A stretch of 38,858 nt of DNA. Source: Burkholderiales bacterium. GTDB taxonomy: Bacteria; Pseudomonadota; Gammaproteobacteria; Burkholderiales; SG8-39. This document shows, piece by piece, positions 8,727 through 18,122 of this stretch. A program made the translations under genes and the position numbers. A model generated the notes under the pieces. It ran no database searches. It was not told the DNA's origin and saw only the letters and a program-made list of their open reading frames with translations. The stretch is from the NCBI GenBank assembly GCA_036522335.1, contig DATDGA010000231.1, positions 1 through 38,858 of the forward strand, written 5' to 3'. Numbering within the stretch: the stretch's first letter is position 1; the number at the start of each line of letters is the position of its first letter.

Positions 8727-9944
8727 ATGCCGGATTTATTCTTTTTGCCCGCTGCACCGCTGCCGCCGAACCAGATCATCTGGTTCGGCGTGCTGCTGCT
8801 CGCCGGAGTGATCGTAGGCGAGATCGCCAGGCGCGTGCTGTTCTTGCCCCGCATCACCGGCTACGCCGCCGCCGGCCTCGCCCTCGGTCCGGAAGGATTT
8901 GCGCTCATCGACAAGACGTTGCTGCACGAACTGCGCCCCTTCGCCGACATCTCGATCGGAATCATCCTGTTCGAGCTGGGGCACCGCATCGATCTGAGGT
9001 GGCTCAAGCGCTCGCCGCGGCTCGCGCTCACATCGCTCGCTGAATGCGCCCTGGGCGCGGGCCTAGTCTATTTCACGCTGCGCTACTTTTTCGCGCTGGA
9101 CGTCCTGCACGCTTCCGCCGCTGCGGCGATCGCGGTCGCCACCTCGCCGGCGGTGGTGATGCGCATCACCGCAGATCTCGGCGCAGAAGGCCAGGTGACC
9201 GAGCGTGCTCTGCTGCTCACGGCGCTCAACTGCAGCATCGCGGTGCTCGCGTTGACCGCCCTGATCCCCTGGCTCTACCTCGAATACCGAGGCGGCTGGA
9301 CGATCCTGCTGCACCCGATGTATCTGCTCGCGGGCTCATTCGCCCTGGGACTGGCGGCAAGTGCAACGACCCTCGCGCTGCTCAAGTGGCTCGGCAAGCG
9401 CGAAGAGATCCAGGCAGTGCTGTTGATCGCTTTGATTCTTGCGACGATAGGCGCGGCGATCGCACTGAAACTCTCGGTGCTGCTCGCCTTGCTCGCCTAC
9501 GGCGCCCTGGTTCGCAACTTGGACAAGCACTATCGCCTCGCCGCACCCGACTTCGGCCTGACCGGGCAGATATTCTTCCTGATTCTTTTCGTGCTCGCCG
9601 GCGCGAGCCTCGACCTGCACGCGGCGCGGAGCGGCATCGTGATCGGCGCCTCGCTTGTCGCCGTGCGCTTTGCTGGCAAGGCGTTGGGTATTCTCGCCTT
9701 CGTTCCTGGCGGCGGTATACAGGTGCGCCAGGGCTTGCTGCTTGCATTGGCGTTGACGCCTATGTCCGGACTCGCGGTCATCATGCTCCAGGACACGCAG
9801 TCGCTGTTTCCGGAGTTTGGTCGCACGCTGGCGAGCGTGGTGCTGCCGGCGGTGGTGCTGCTGGAAATCACCGGGCCGATCCTGACCCAGCTTGCGTTCA
9901 AGCTCGCGGGGGAAACGCGGCCCCAACCGGCAGCGAAAAGCTGA
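8727..9944 (+). CDS. Cation:proton antiporter (CPA2/Kef-like membrane domain)
   Basis: About 405-aa polytopic protein (GEIARRVLFLPRITGYAAAGLALGPEG...). The start is taken as the ATG at 8727 inside ORF 8703-9944 and is uncertain. Confidence 0.8.
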   Translation: MPDLFFLPAAPLPPNQIIWFGVLLLAGVIVGEIARRVLFLPRITGYAAAGLALGPEGFALIDKTLLHELRPFADISIGIILFELGHRIDLRWLKRSPRLALTSLAECALGAGLVYFTLRYFFALDVLHASAAAAIAVATSPAVVMRITADLGAEGQVTERALLLTALNCSIAVLALTALIPWLYLEYRGGWTILLHPMYLLAGSFALGLAASATTLALLKWLGKREEIQAVLLIALILATIGAAIALKLSVLLALLAYGALVRNLDKHYRLAAPDFGLTGQIFFLILFVLAGASLDLHAARSGIVIGASLVAVRFAGKALGILAFVPGGGIQVRQGLLLALALTPMSGLAVIMLQDTQSLFPEFGRTLASVVLPAVVLLEITGPILTQLAFKLAGETRPQPAAKS

Positions 9945-9948
9945 TTTC

Positions 9949-11073
9949 GTGGGCGAGCTTCCGTTCAAGCCCTCGCAACCGCTCTCGCTCGGAGTCGAGC
10001 TCGAGCTGCAGATCGTCAACACCCGCGACTACAACCTCACGCGCGGTGCCTCCGACCTGCTCGGCGCGTTGGCGAAGAGCAAACATCCGGGCGATATCAA
10101 ACCGGAGATCACCGAGAGCATGGTCGAGATGAGCACCTCGGTGCACGAAAGGCACGGCAAGCTCGTCGCCGAACTTCGGACCATGCGGAATGCCATCGCC
10201 GCCGCCGCGCGCAAGCTCAATCTCGGCATCGCCGGGGGCGGGACACACGCGTTCCAGAAATGGAACGACCGCCGTATCTACGACACCGAGCGCTTCAATC
10301 ACCTTGCTGGGCTCTACGGCTACCTCGCGAAGCAGTTCACCGTTTTCGGCCAGCACATCCACGTCGGTTGCGCCGACGGCGACGAGGCGGTCTACCTCAC
10401 GCACATGTTCTCGCGGTATGTGCCGCATTTCATCGCGCTGTCCGCGTCCTCGCCTTTCCAGCAGGGCGAGGACACGCTGTTCGATTCCTCGCGACTGTCC
10501 GCGGTCAGCGCCTTCCCCTTGAGCGGGACAATGCCGCTGGTACATGACTGGGCGGAGTTCGAAGCTTATTTTTCGAGAATGCACGGCTTCGGCATCGTCA
10601 AGAGCATGAAGGATTTCTACTGGGACATCCGTCCCAAGCCCGAGTTCGGCACCGTCGAGATCCGCGTTTGCGACACGCCGCTCTCGGTCGATCGCGCCGC
10701 CGCGATCGCGGCCTACGCGCAGGTGCTGGCGCGCTATTTGCGGCTGGAGCGTCCCCAGCCGATTTCCGCGGAACCTTATCTCGTCTACAGCTACAACCGT
10801 TTCCAGGCTTGCCGCTACGGGATGGAGGCGAGCCTGATCGATCCCTGCAACAACCGCAGCGCGTCGATGCGGCAAGACCTCGCCGCGACTTTTCCCCGAA
10901 TCGCGCCGCACGCTGAGGAACTGGGCTGCCGTCCCTTGGTCCAGGGTCTGCTGATCGGCGCGCAGGATTCCGCCAACGACGCGCGCCGGCTGCGCGCGCG
11001 GCTCAAGGAATCAGGATCGTTCCCGGATGTGGTGCGCTGGCAATGCGAGCAGTGGATGCAGCCGCCCAAGTAA
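9949..11073 (+). CDS. ybdK: Carboxylate-amine ligase, glutamate-cysteine ligase family 2 (YbdK)
   Basis: LSLGVELELQIVN...IKPEITESMVEMST...FGQHIHVG matches the YbdK/GCS2 family. GTG at 9949 lies just after the antiporter stop. Confidence 0.85.
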   Translation: MGELPFKPSQPLSLGVELELQIVNTRDYNLTRGASDLLGALAKSKHPGDIKPEITESMVEMSTSVHERHGKLVAELRTMRNAIAAAARKLNLGIAGGGTHAFQKWNDRRIYDTERFNHLAGLYGYLAKQFTVFGQHIHVGCADGDEAVYLTHMFSRYVPHFIALSASSPFQQGEDTLFDSSRLSAVSAFPLSGTMPLVHDWAEFEAYFSRMHGFGIVKSMKDFYWDIRPKPEFGTVEIRVCDTPLSVDRAAAIAAYAQVLARYLRLERPQPISAEPYLVYSYNRFQACRYGMEASLIDPCNNRSASMRQDLAATFPRIAPHAEELGCRPLVQGLLIGAQDSANDARRLRARLKESGSFPDVVRWQCEQWMQPPK

Positions 11074-11149
11074 CCCGACGAGCATCGGACACCCCGCCCG
11101 AAGCGATTCCCCGCGCACAAGCCGTTGACGGACCATCGCGAGGATGCGC

Positions 11150-12394
11150 TCAATTCTGAACCAACAGCCCGAGCTTCCGCGCGAGCCACCTCGTCGTGGT
11201 GGCCTGGATGATGATCGTCATCACGATGGCGATGAAGGTGATCGAGGCGATGATCTCGGCGCCGGGCGCCTTCAGACCGACCAGCAATCCTGCCAGCGCC
11301 GCCGGGATCACGCCGGTTTCGCGCGTCCAGCACATGAACAACAGCTCGTTGAGGCTCCATTTCGCGCGCCGATCCGGCGCCGCGCACAGGAACACCGCGG
11401 CTGGGCGGGCGACGAGCATGAACACGGTAACCACGGCTACGCCGCCGACGAGGTAGCGAGTGATCAGCGCGAAATTCAGCTGCGATCCGAGCAGGATGAA
11501 TATGAACATGCGCATGAGAAATGCAGTCGTTGCGACGTATTCGTCAAGCTTGCGCGCCTCTCCTGGCTCCATGCGGAATCCGAACGAATCCTTGTTGCCG
11601 AGCACGATGCCGAACACGAACACCGCCATGAAGCCGCTCGCCTGGAGACCGTCGGCGCCCAGATACGCGCCGATCACCGCCATGAGGGTCACGGCCGGCG
11701 CGTACTCCGCGAGGAAAGCGTACTTCTCGTGCGCGATCAGCCATGCGGCTGCGTAACCGAGCATGACGCCGGCGATGATGCCGATGCCGGACTGCTTCAA
11801 CAGATCGATCAAAGCGCCCTGAAGCGAAAACATGCCGGTCCCGGTGGCGACCGCCAGGACCGCGAAGGTCGCGATCGCGCCGGTCGCGTCGTTGAACGCG
11901 GATTCGCTCATCACCGTCTGGGCGACTCTGTCCTTGATGCGCACCTGCCGGAATATGGGCACCAGCGTCGCGGGGTCGGTCGACGCGATCGCCGCTCCCA
12001 GCAGCAGGGCGACCATGATCGGCACGGCGAGAACAAAATACGCGGCCACCGCGGTGATGACGGCGGTAATCAGAACTCCCACGGTGGCGAGCAGGGTGAT
12101 CGTGATCCAGACCTCCTTCAGCACTTTCAGGCGCAACGAGGCGCCGCCGTCGAACAGGATGTAGCAGGAGCCGAAGACCAGGATGAGCTGATTCACGGCC
12201 GAATCGGTGCGGATGTGAAGCAAGCCGGCTGCGGCCGGGCCCAGTGCAGTCCCCGCAAGGAGAAACACCACGACGTCCGGGATCTTGAGCTTTTGCGCCA
12301 CAAACCCGGACAGCGTACCGGTCAACAGGATGATGCCGAACGCGAGCAGGACCTGTTTGGCAAGTTCCGCCGAGCCTCCCGGTTCCAAGCTCAC
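11150..12394 (-). CDS. Na+/H+ (cation/proton) antiporter, CPA1/NhaP-like
   Basis: Polytopic protein with AIASTDPATLVPIF. The start is taken as the GTG at 12394, or the TTG at 12388, after an AAGGGGGAG RBS. The longer ORF to 12652 is rejected. Confidence 0.82.
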   Translation of the reverse strand: MSLEPGGSAELAKQVLLAFGIILLTGTLSGFVAQKLKIPDVVVFLLAGTALGPAAAGLLHIRTDSAVNQLILVFGSCYILFDGGASLRLKVLKEVWITITLLATVGVLITAVITAVAAYFVLAVPIMVALLLGAAIASTDPATLVPIFRQVRIKDRVAQTVMSESAFNDATGAIATFAVLAVATGTGMFSLQGALIDLLKQSGIGIIAGVMLGYAAAWLIAHEKYAFLAEYAPAVTLMAVIGAYLGADGLQASGFMAVFVFGIVLGNKDSFGFRMEPGEARKLDEYVATTAFLMRMFIFILLGSQLNFALITRYLVGGVAVVTVFMLVARPAAVFLCAAPDRRAKWSLNELLFMCWTRETGVIPAALAGLLVGLKAPGAEIIASITFIAIVMTIIIQATTTRWLARKLGLLVQN

Positions 12395-12507
12395 TCCCCC
12401 TTTTCTTACGGTGGCTTCAGAGTATGCCCGAATCGGGTAGCGCCAGTTTCGCAATGCGGAAGGCCTCTTGAGCCGGCTTGATTTCGGGCCGGTATAGGAA
12501 TACGATT

Positions 12508-12554
12508 CGCGGGCTTTAGCGTGTGCAGTCCCGCGGGCTTTGGCGTGTGCAATC
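12508..12554. repeat. Tandem direct repeat, 2 x 23 nt (CGCGGGCTTTRGCGTGTGCARTC), period 24 nt
   Basis: Read directly. Two mismatches between the units. Lies in the divergent intergenic region between the antiporter gene and dctP. Confidence 0.85.
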
Positions 12555-12683
12555 CAATCCCCGAGGGCCCCCAGGGGGAACAAAAGGGTTTCCGCGAACC
12601 GTTTACCGCAGAAGATTTCCGGGGAACAAGAAAACCGGCGCCGGGCGACCATTCACGATTTTGCCTATCCGAAGGAGGATCCA

Positions 12684-13838
12684 ATGAGCAACGAGCAATC
12701 CAAAAAACCCGAGACCGCCACGCGGCGCAAGTTCCTGGCCGGCGCTGCCGCAGCGACTGCGGGTGCAGCCACGCTGGGCTTCCCGATGATCGCCAAGGGC
12801 CAGGCCGGCCCGATCAGCATGCGCTGGCAGTCGACCTGGCCGTCGAAGGACATCTTCCACGAATACGCGCTCGACTACGCCAGGAAAGTGAACGACATGA
12901 CCGGCGGCGATCTCAGGATCGAAGTGCTACCCGCGGGCGCGGTTGTGCCGGCCTTCGGCCTGCTCGACGCGGTGTCGAAGGGAACGCTCGACGGCGGACA
13001 CGGCGTGCTCGTCTACCACTACGGCAAACAGAACGCGCTCGCGCTCTGGGGCTCGAGCCCCGCCTTCGGCATGGATGCCAACATGCTGCTCTCCTGGCAC
13101 AAGTACGGCGGTGGCAAGGAGCTGCTCAACAAGCTCTACGCCTCGATCGGCGCGAACGTGGTGTCCTTTCCCTACGGGCCGATGCCGACGCAGCCGCTCG
13201 GATGGTTCAAAAAGCCAATCACGAAGCCGGAGGACTTCAAGGGCATGAAGTACCGCACCGTGGGCATATCGATCGACTTGTTCACCGGCATGGGCGCAGC
13301 GGTGAACGCGCTGCCGGGCGGCGAGATCGTGCCGGCGATCGACCGCGGGCTGCTCGACGCCGCGGAGTTCAATAACGCGAGCTCCGACCGCACTCTCGGC
13401 TTCGCGGACGTGTCCAAGGTGTGCATGCTGCAGAGTTACCACCAGAACGCCGAGCAGTTCGAGATCACGTTCAACAAGACCAAGTACGACGCCCTGCCGC
13501 CGAAGATTCAGGCCATCATCGGATACGCCGTGGAAGCCGCTTCCCAGGATATGTCGTGGAAGGCGATCGACCGCTACTCGAAGGACTACATCGAGTTGCA
13601 GACCAAGGACAAGGTGAAGTTCTACAAGACGCCGGCCTCGGTGTTGCAGAAGCAGCTCGAAGTATTCGACCAGGTTATGGCAAAGAGGATGGCGGACAAC
13701 CCGATGTTCAAGGAGATCATCGAGTCGCAGCGCACATTCGCCGAGCGCGCGGTGAAATGGGAACAGGACACCGTCGTAAGCCGGACCATGGCCTACAACT
13801 ACTACTTTGGCAAAAAGCCGGCGGCGAAGAAGGCCTGA
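12684..13838 (+). CDS. dctP: TRAP transporter substrate-binding protein (DctP family, Tat signal)
   Basis: GAAGGAGG RBS before the ATG at 12684. Twin-arginine signal TRRKFLAGAAAATAGAATLG. Followed by dctQ and dctM. Resembles the COG4663-type family. Confidence 0.88.
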   Translation: MSNEQSKKPETATRRKFLAGAAAATAGAATLGFPMIAKGQAGPISMRWQSTWPSKDIFHEYALDYARKVNDMTGGDLRIEVLPAGAVVPAFGLLDAVSKGTLDGGHGVLVYHYGKQNALALWGSSPAFGMDANMLLSWHKYGGGKELLNKLYASIGANVVSFPYGPMPTQPLGWFKKPITKPEDFKGMKYRTVGISIDLFTGMGAAVNALPGGEIVPAIDRGLLDAAEFNNASSDRTLGFADVSKVCMLQSYHQNAEQFEITFNKTKYDALPPKIQAIIGYAVEAASQDMSWKAIDRYSKDYIELQTKDKVKFYKTPASVLQKQLEVFDQVMAKRMADNPMFKEIIESQRTFAERAVKWEQDTVVSRTMAYNYYFGKKPAAKKA

Positions 13839-13856
13839 TCCCTGTTTGAGAATCTC

Positions 13857-13900
13857 GAAGCACCATCCGGGTCTCGGTTCCGGATGGTGCTTCGTTTTTA
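13857..13900 (+). terminator. Rho-independent terminator/attenuator between dctP and dctQ
   Basis: Perfect 14-bp stem GAAGCACCATCCGG / CCGGATGGTGCTTC, 9-nt loop, followed by GTTTTTA. Confidence 0.8.
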
Positions 13901-13934
13901 GTATCGGCCTTTTCCATAGAGCGGCCGTCCCGAC

Positions 13935-14606
13935 ATGAAAGTTCAGAATTTTCTACTGACCGCCGACCACATCAGCACCTGGACGGGCAAAGCCGCCGCC
14001 TGGCTGATCATGGTGCTGATGTCCGCCGTGTGCATCGAGGTGTTCAAGCGCTACCTCCTGAACGCTCCGACGGCGTGGATATTCGACCTCGACAACATGC
14101 TCTACGGCACGCTGTTCATGATGTGCGGCGCCTACACGCTGGCGCAGGACGCCCACGTCAGGGGCGACTTCCTTTACGGTTCGATGAAACCGCGCACCCA
14201 GGCCACGCTGGACCTGATTCTGTACATTCTGTTCTTCCTTCCCGGAATCATCGCCCTCATATACGCAGGGATCGACTACGCGGGCATTTCGTGGCGCATC
14301 AACGAACACTCGAACGTGACGTCCGAGGGACCGCCCGTCTATCCATTCAAGACCATCATTCCGATCGCCGGAGTCTTGGTGCTGATCCAGGGACTGGCCG
14401 AGATCGTCCGTTGCGTCGTGTGCCTGCAGACCGGGCGATGGCCCGACCGGCTGAAGGACGTCGAGGAGATCGACGTGATCGAGCAGCAGCTCGCCGGCAG
14501 CACGCTCGTGGACGAGGAATCGCGCAAGCGTGCGATCGAAGGCGCCCACGAGATCGACGAAGCCGCGCACCAGCGCATCGGTTCAAGGGGAGCGGAACGT
14601 GAGTGA
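13935..14606 (+). CDS. dctQ: TRAP transporter small permease (DctQ family)
   Basis: 223-aa protein with 4 predicted TM segments, positioned between dctP and dctM. Confidence 0.85.
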   Translation: MKVQNFLLTADHISTWTGKAAAWLIMVLMSAVCIEVFKRYLLNAPTAWIFDLDNMLYGTLFMMCGAYTLAQDAHVRGDFLYGSMKPRTQATLDLILYILFFLPGIIALIYAGIDYAGISWRINEHSNVTSEGPPVYPFKTIIPIAGVLVLIQGLAEIVRCVVCLQTGRWPDRLKDVEEIDVIEQQLAGSTLVDEESRKRAIEGAHEIDEAAHQRIGSRGAERE

Positions 14607-16479
14607 TCCGGCACTGGGCTTGCTCATGCTCTCGCTCATCGTGATCGTGATCATGATGGGCTTCCCGACCGCGTTCACGCTGATGGGTCTGGGTATGATG
14701 TTCGGCTACATCGCGTTCTATGACCCGGCGCATTCCTGGACGGACAACCGGGTCTTCGACTTGATGGTCGAGCGGACGTACGGCGCGATGAACAACGATG
14801 TGCTGATCTCGATCCCGCTGTTCGTGCTGATGGGCTACGTGATGGAGCGGGGCGCGCTGGTGGACAAGATGTTCTACAGCATCCAGCTCGCGTTCCGGCG
14901 GGTGCCCGCGTCGCTAGCGGTCGCCACCCTGATCGTGTGCACCTTCTGGGGCATCGCCAGCGGCCTGGTGGGCGCCGTCGTGGTGCTGATGGGCGTGATC
15001 GCCTTCAACCCGATGCTGAAGGCCGGCTACGACGTGAAGCTCGCTTCGGGTGTCATCACCGCGGGCGGCACGCTCGGCATCCTCATTCCACCCTCGGTGA
15101 TGATCATCGTCTACGCCGCAGTCGCCGGACAGTCGGTGGTGAAGCTCTATGCCTCGGCGATGTTTCCCGGATTCTTCCTGTCGTTCCTTTACCTCGTCTA
15201 CATCGTCGGCTGGGCGTTGATCAATCCCAAGATCGCGCCGCCCTTGCCCGAGGCCGAGCAGAAGATACCGGTGTCCGACTGGGTGCGGAAATTCCAGCAG
15301 GCCTATTCGAAGAACATGCTGGCCGGCTTGTTTGCTGCGCTGTTCGTGCCAGGCAAGGCGCTCGCGATCGAGAACGACGGGCGCCGATTGACCTACGTCG
15401 CGGTCTGGAAGAATTTCCTCGCCGCGCTGTTTCCGCTCATTCTCACGGCAGTGACCGTGTGGGGAATCTGGTGGTACGTGGTGATCCACCCGCGGGCCGA
15501 CATCGAGCCGGCGGCAAGCGTCGCGCAGAAGCAGGCCGCGCCCGCCGCTGCCGCTCCGGCGGCGATGCCACGGGCGAGCCCGGACAAGCCACGGGAGCTG
15601 GGGAGCGGTGCGACCGAGTCCGACTCCGGGACAGCGGAGGAACCTGAAGGCGTGGAACAGGTGGGCAGTCCCGAGCTGCTGCTGCAGGGCGAGGCCGCGC
15701 CCGTGGAGGCAGGTCCGCCGCCCGCATTCTATAACTGGTTCTGGTTCATTGTTGCGGCGACCGCCCTCGTGCTCGTCTGGTACTACTGGAAGATGGAGGC
15801 CGAGTCGTTCGAGCTGCTGAAGCTGCTGATCTCGTCGGTCATGCCGCTGGGCATCCTCACCATCGTGGTCCTCGCCGTCATCCTGTTCGGGATCACCACC
15901 GCCACAGAGTCGGCCGGGATCGGCGCCGCGGGGGCGTTCCTGCTGGCGCTTCAGGCAGGCACGTTCGACTGGGAACGTCTCAAGCAATCGATATTCCTGA
16001 CCGCCAAGACCACCGCGATGGTGTGCTGGCTGTTCGTTGGCTCGGCGTTGTTCTCGGGGGTGTTCGCGATTCTGGGCGGTCAGCAACTGGTCGAGACGTG
16101 GGTACTGAGCCTGAACATGTCGCCGATACAATTCATGATCCTGTCGCAGGCGATCATCTTCGTGCTTGGCTGGCCGCTCGAATGGACCGAGATCATCGTC
16201 ATTTTCGTGCCGATCTTCCTGCCGCTGCTCAAGCACTTCAGTATCGACCCGATCCTCTGGGGCACACTGGTGTTCGTCAACCTGCAGGCAGCCTTCCTGT
16301 CGCCGCCGGTGGCGATGTCGGCGTTCTACTTGAAGGGTGTCGCGCCGAAACACGTGACGCTGAACCAGATTTTCGCCGGCATGATGCCGTACATGCTGAT
16401 CGTCATTCTGTGCATGGTCATCATGTACCTGTGGCCGGGCATGACGCTGTGGCTTCCAAATTATCTGTACGGCAACTAA
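14599..16479 (+). CDS. dctM: TRAP transporter large permease (DctM family) with a long internal insertion
   Basis: GTG at 14599 after a GGGGAG RBS, overlapping the dctQ stop by 8 nt. Polytopic DctM-like sequence, interrupted by a Pro/Ala/Glu-rich segment encoded at about 15490-15735. Confidence 0.85.
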   Translation: MSDPALGLLMLSLIVIVIMMGFPTAFTLMGLGMMFGYIAFYDPAHSWTDNRVFDLMVERTYGAMNNDVLISIPLFVLMGYVMERGALVDKMFYSIQLAFRRVPASLAVATLIVCTFWGIASGLVGAVVVLMGVIAFNPMLKAGYDVKLASGVITAGGTLGILIPPSVMIIVYAAVAGQSVVKLYASAMFPGFFLSFLYLVYIVGWALINPKIAPPLPEAEQKIPVSDWVRKFQQAYSKNMLAGLFAALFVPGKALAIENDGRRLTYVAVWKNFLAALFPLILTAVTVWGIWWYVVIHPRADIEPAASVAQKQAAPAAAAPAAMPRASPDKPRELGSGATESDSGTAEEPEGVEQVGSPELLLQGEAAPVEAGPPPAFYNWFWFIVAATALVLVWYYWKMEAESFELLKLLISSVMPLGILTIVVLAVILFGITTATESAGIGAAGAFLLALQAGTFDWERLKQSIFLTAKTTAMVCWLFVGSALFSGVFAILGGQQLVETWVLSLNMSPIQFMILSQAIIFVLGWPLEWTEIIVIFVPIFLPLLKHFSIDPILWGTLVFVNLQAAFLSPPVAMSAFYLKGVAPKHVTLNQIFAGMMPYMLIVILCMVIMYLWPGMTLWLPNYLYGN

Positions 16480-16497
16480 GACCGTGCCACCGGAGTA

Positions 16498-16525
16498 GGC
16501 AAGGGCGGCTGCGGCCGCCCTTGCC
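16498..16525 (+). terminator. Hairpin after dctM (GGCAAGGGCGGC-tgcg-GCCGCCCTTGCC), weak T-tract
   Basis: Perfect 12-bp stem located 19 nt after the dctM stop. Confidence 0.55.
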
Positions 16526-16621
16526 ATTCCGGCTTGTGGGTGCAGCCGGTCCGAGCTGGAATGAAAGCGTGAATTGGTCTGCGAAGCAGAGATTGTGCCT
16601 TCGTCATACTATGGAGTGCAT

Positions 16622-17611
16622 GTGAAACCGAAGATTCTCGTGACCCGCGCCACCTTCGACGACGTCATCGACAAGCTGCGCGAGCGCTTCGACGTCGAGG
16701 ATAACCAGAAAGAGGACTCGATCTGGAGTGCGGACGAATTGCGGCGCCGGCTCGCCGGCAAGGACGGCGTGCTTCCCACCGGCTCCGACCGCTTGGATGC
16801 GGCGACGCTCGACGCCGCGCCGCGCTTGAAGGCCGTGTGCAACATCGCCGTCGGCTACAACAACATCGACCTCGCCGCCTGCAGCGAGCGAGGCATCCTC
16901 GCGACCAATACGCCGGGCGTGCTCGACGATACGACCGCGGACATGACCTGGGCGCTGCTCATGGCTGCGGCGCGGCGCGTGACCGAAGCCGAGCGCTGGC
17001 TGCGGGCTGGAAACTGGAAAGGCTGGAAGAACGACCAATTCCTCGGTGTCGACGTGCATCATATGACCCTCGGCATCATCGGCATGGGCCGCATCGGGCA
17101 GGCCATCGCAAGGCGCGCGAGGGGATTCTCGATGCGCGTTCTCTATCACAATCGCACGCGGGTGCCCAAGGCGGTCGAAAAGGCGCTCGCGGCGAAATAC
17201 GTCAGCATAGGAAGGCTCCTCAAGGAATCCGATTTCGTCAGCCTCAACATGCCGTATTCGCCTTCCAGCCATCATCTGATCGGCGCAAGAGAGATTGCGC
17301 GGATGAAACCAACCGCAGTGATGGTCAACGCCGCGCGCGGCGGCATCATCGACGATGCGGCGCTGGTGACGGCGCTGAAAGAGCGGCGCATCGCCGCTGC
17401 CGGCCTCGACGTGTTCGAAGGCGAGCCCAACTTCAATCCGGGATTCCTCGGGCTCGACAATGTGGCTCTGGTGCCGCATATCGGCAGCGCGACGCGCGCC
17501 ACGCGCACCGCGATGGCCATGCTCGCGGGCAAGAACCTGAGTGCGGTGCTGTCGGGCAGACGCCCGCCTAACCTGCTCAATCCGGAAGCCTGGCCAAAGC
17601 GTCGCCGTTAG
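16622..17611 (+). CDS. D-isomer-specific 2-hydroxyacid dehydrogenase (glyoxylate/hydroxypyruvate reductase-like)
   Basis: GIIGMGRIGQAIARRA NAD-binding motif and the ...NAARGGIIDD...PHIGSAT catalytic region. GTG start at 16622. Confidence 0.88.
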   Translation: MKPKILVTRATFDDVIDKLRERFDVEDNQKEDSIWSADELRRRLAGKDGVLPTGSDRLDAATLDAAPRLKAVCNIAVGYNNIDLAACSERGILATNTPGVLDDTTADMTWALLMAAARRVTEAERWLRAGNWKGWKNDQFLGVDVHHMTLGIIGMGRIGQAIARRARGFSMRVLYHNRTRVPKAVEKALAAKYVSIGRLLKESDFVSLNMPYSPSSHHLIGAREIARMKPTAVMVNAARGGIIDDAALVTALKERRIAAAGLDVFEGEPNFNPGFLGLDNVALVPHIGSATRATRTAMAMLAGKNLSAVLSGRRPPNLLNPEAWPKRRR

Positions 17612-17693
17612 GCCGGCATGCGGCGCATGCGTTCGCTCGGCTGGCGGCGCACAGCCTTTTCGGCTACGCTACGCGGCTCCGGAGCTGCACCTC

Positions 17694-18122
17694 GTGAAGA
17701 AAAGCACCTTTCCGACGCCGCAGGATGCAGAGGCCGCATTCTACGAGGCGCTCGAAGCGGGTGAGCTCGAGGCCATGATGGAAGTGTGGGCCGAAGATGA
17801 GGAAATCGTGTGTGTCCATCCTGGAGGAGCGAGACTCGCCGGCTACGATCAGGTCCGCGAGAGCTGGGCGCAGATTTTCGCCTCGGGCCAACGCCTCAAG
17901 GTGCAGGTTTCGAATCAAGTAGTGCTTTCGGGGATGATGCTCGCCGTCCACAGCGTGAACGAGAACATCCTGGTGCAGGGCGAGCCGCGCGCCCGCGCGC
18001 CTGTCGCCGCTACCAACGTGTATCTTCGCACCGGGAACGGCTGGCGAATGATCCTTCATCATGGATCGCCTGCTCCGCAATTACCGCGCGCGTCCCCCGA
18101 GTCGCCGAAAATCCTGCATTGA
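17694..18122 (+). CDS. SnoaL-like / NTF2-fold protein (DUF4440-like)
   Basis: 142 aa. AFYEALEAGELEAMMEVWAEDEEIVCVHPGG...GWRMILHHGS is typical of the NTF2-like superfamily. GTG start. Confidence 0.7.
   Translation: MKKSTFPTPQDAEAAFYEALEAGELEAMMEVWAEDEEIVCVHPGGARLAGYDQVRESWAQIFASGQRLKVQVSNQVVLSGMMLAVHSVNENILVQGEPRARAPVAATNVYLRTGNGWRMILHHGSPAPQLPRASPESPKILH

Noticed and set aside
12508-12554. Tandem repeats here and at 34695-34730 considered as a CRISPR array.
   Set aside because: Each site has only two adjacent copies with essentially no spacers. No cas genes are nearby and the units are shorter than typical CRISPR repeat plus spacer periodicity.
12395-12652. An 86-codon N-terminal extension of the antiporter ORF, containing AHAKARGTAHAKAR.
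   Set aside because: The extension is simply the translation of the intergenic tandem repeat, is not hydrophobic, and has no RBS. A good RBS and a GTG/TTG start sit at 12388-12394, right before the first TM segment.
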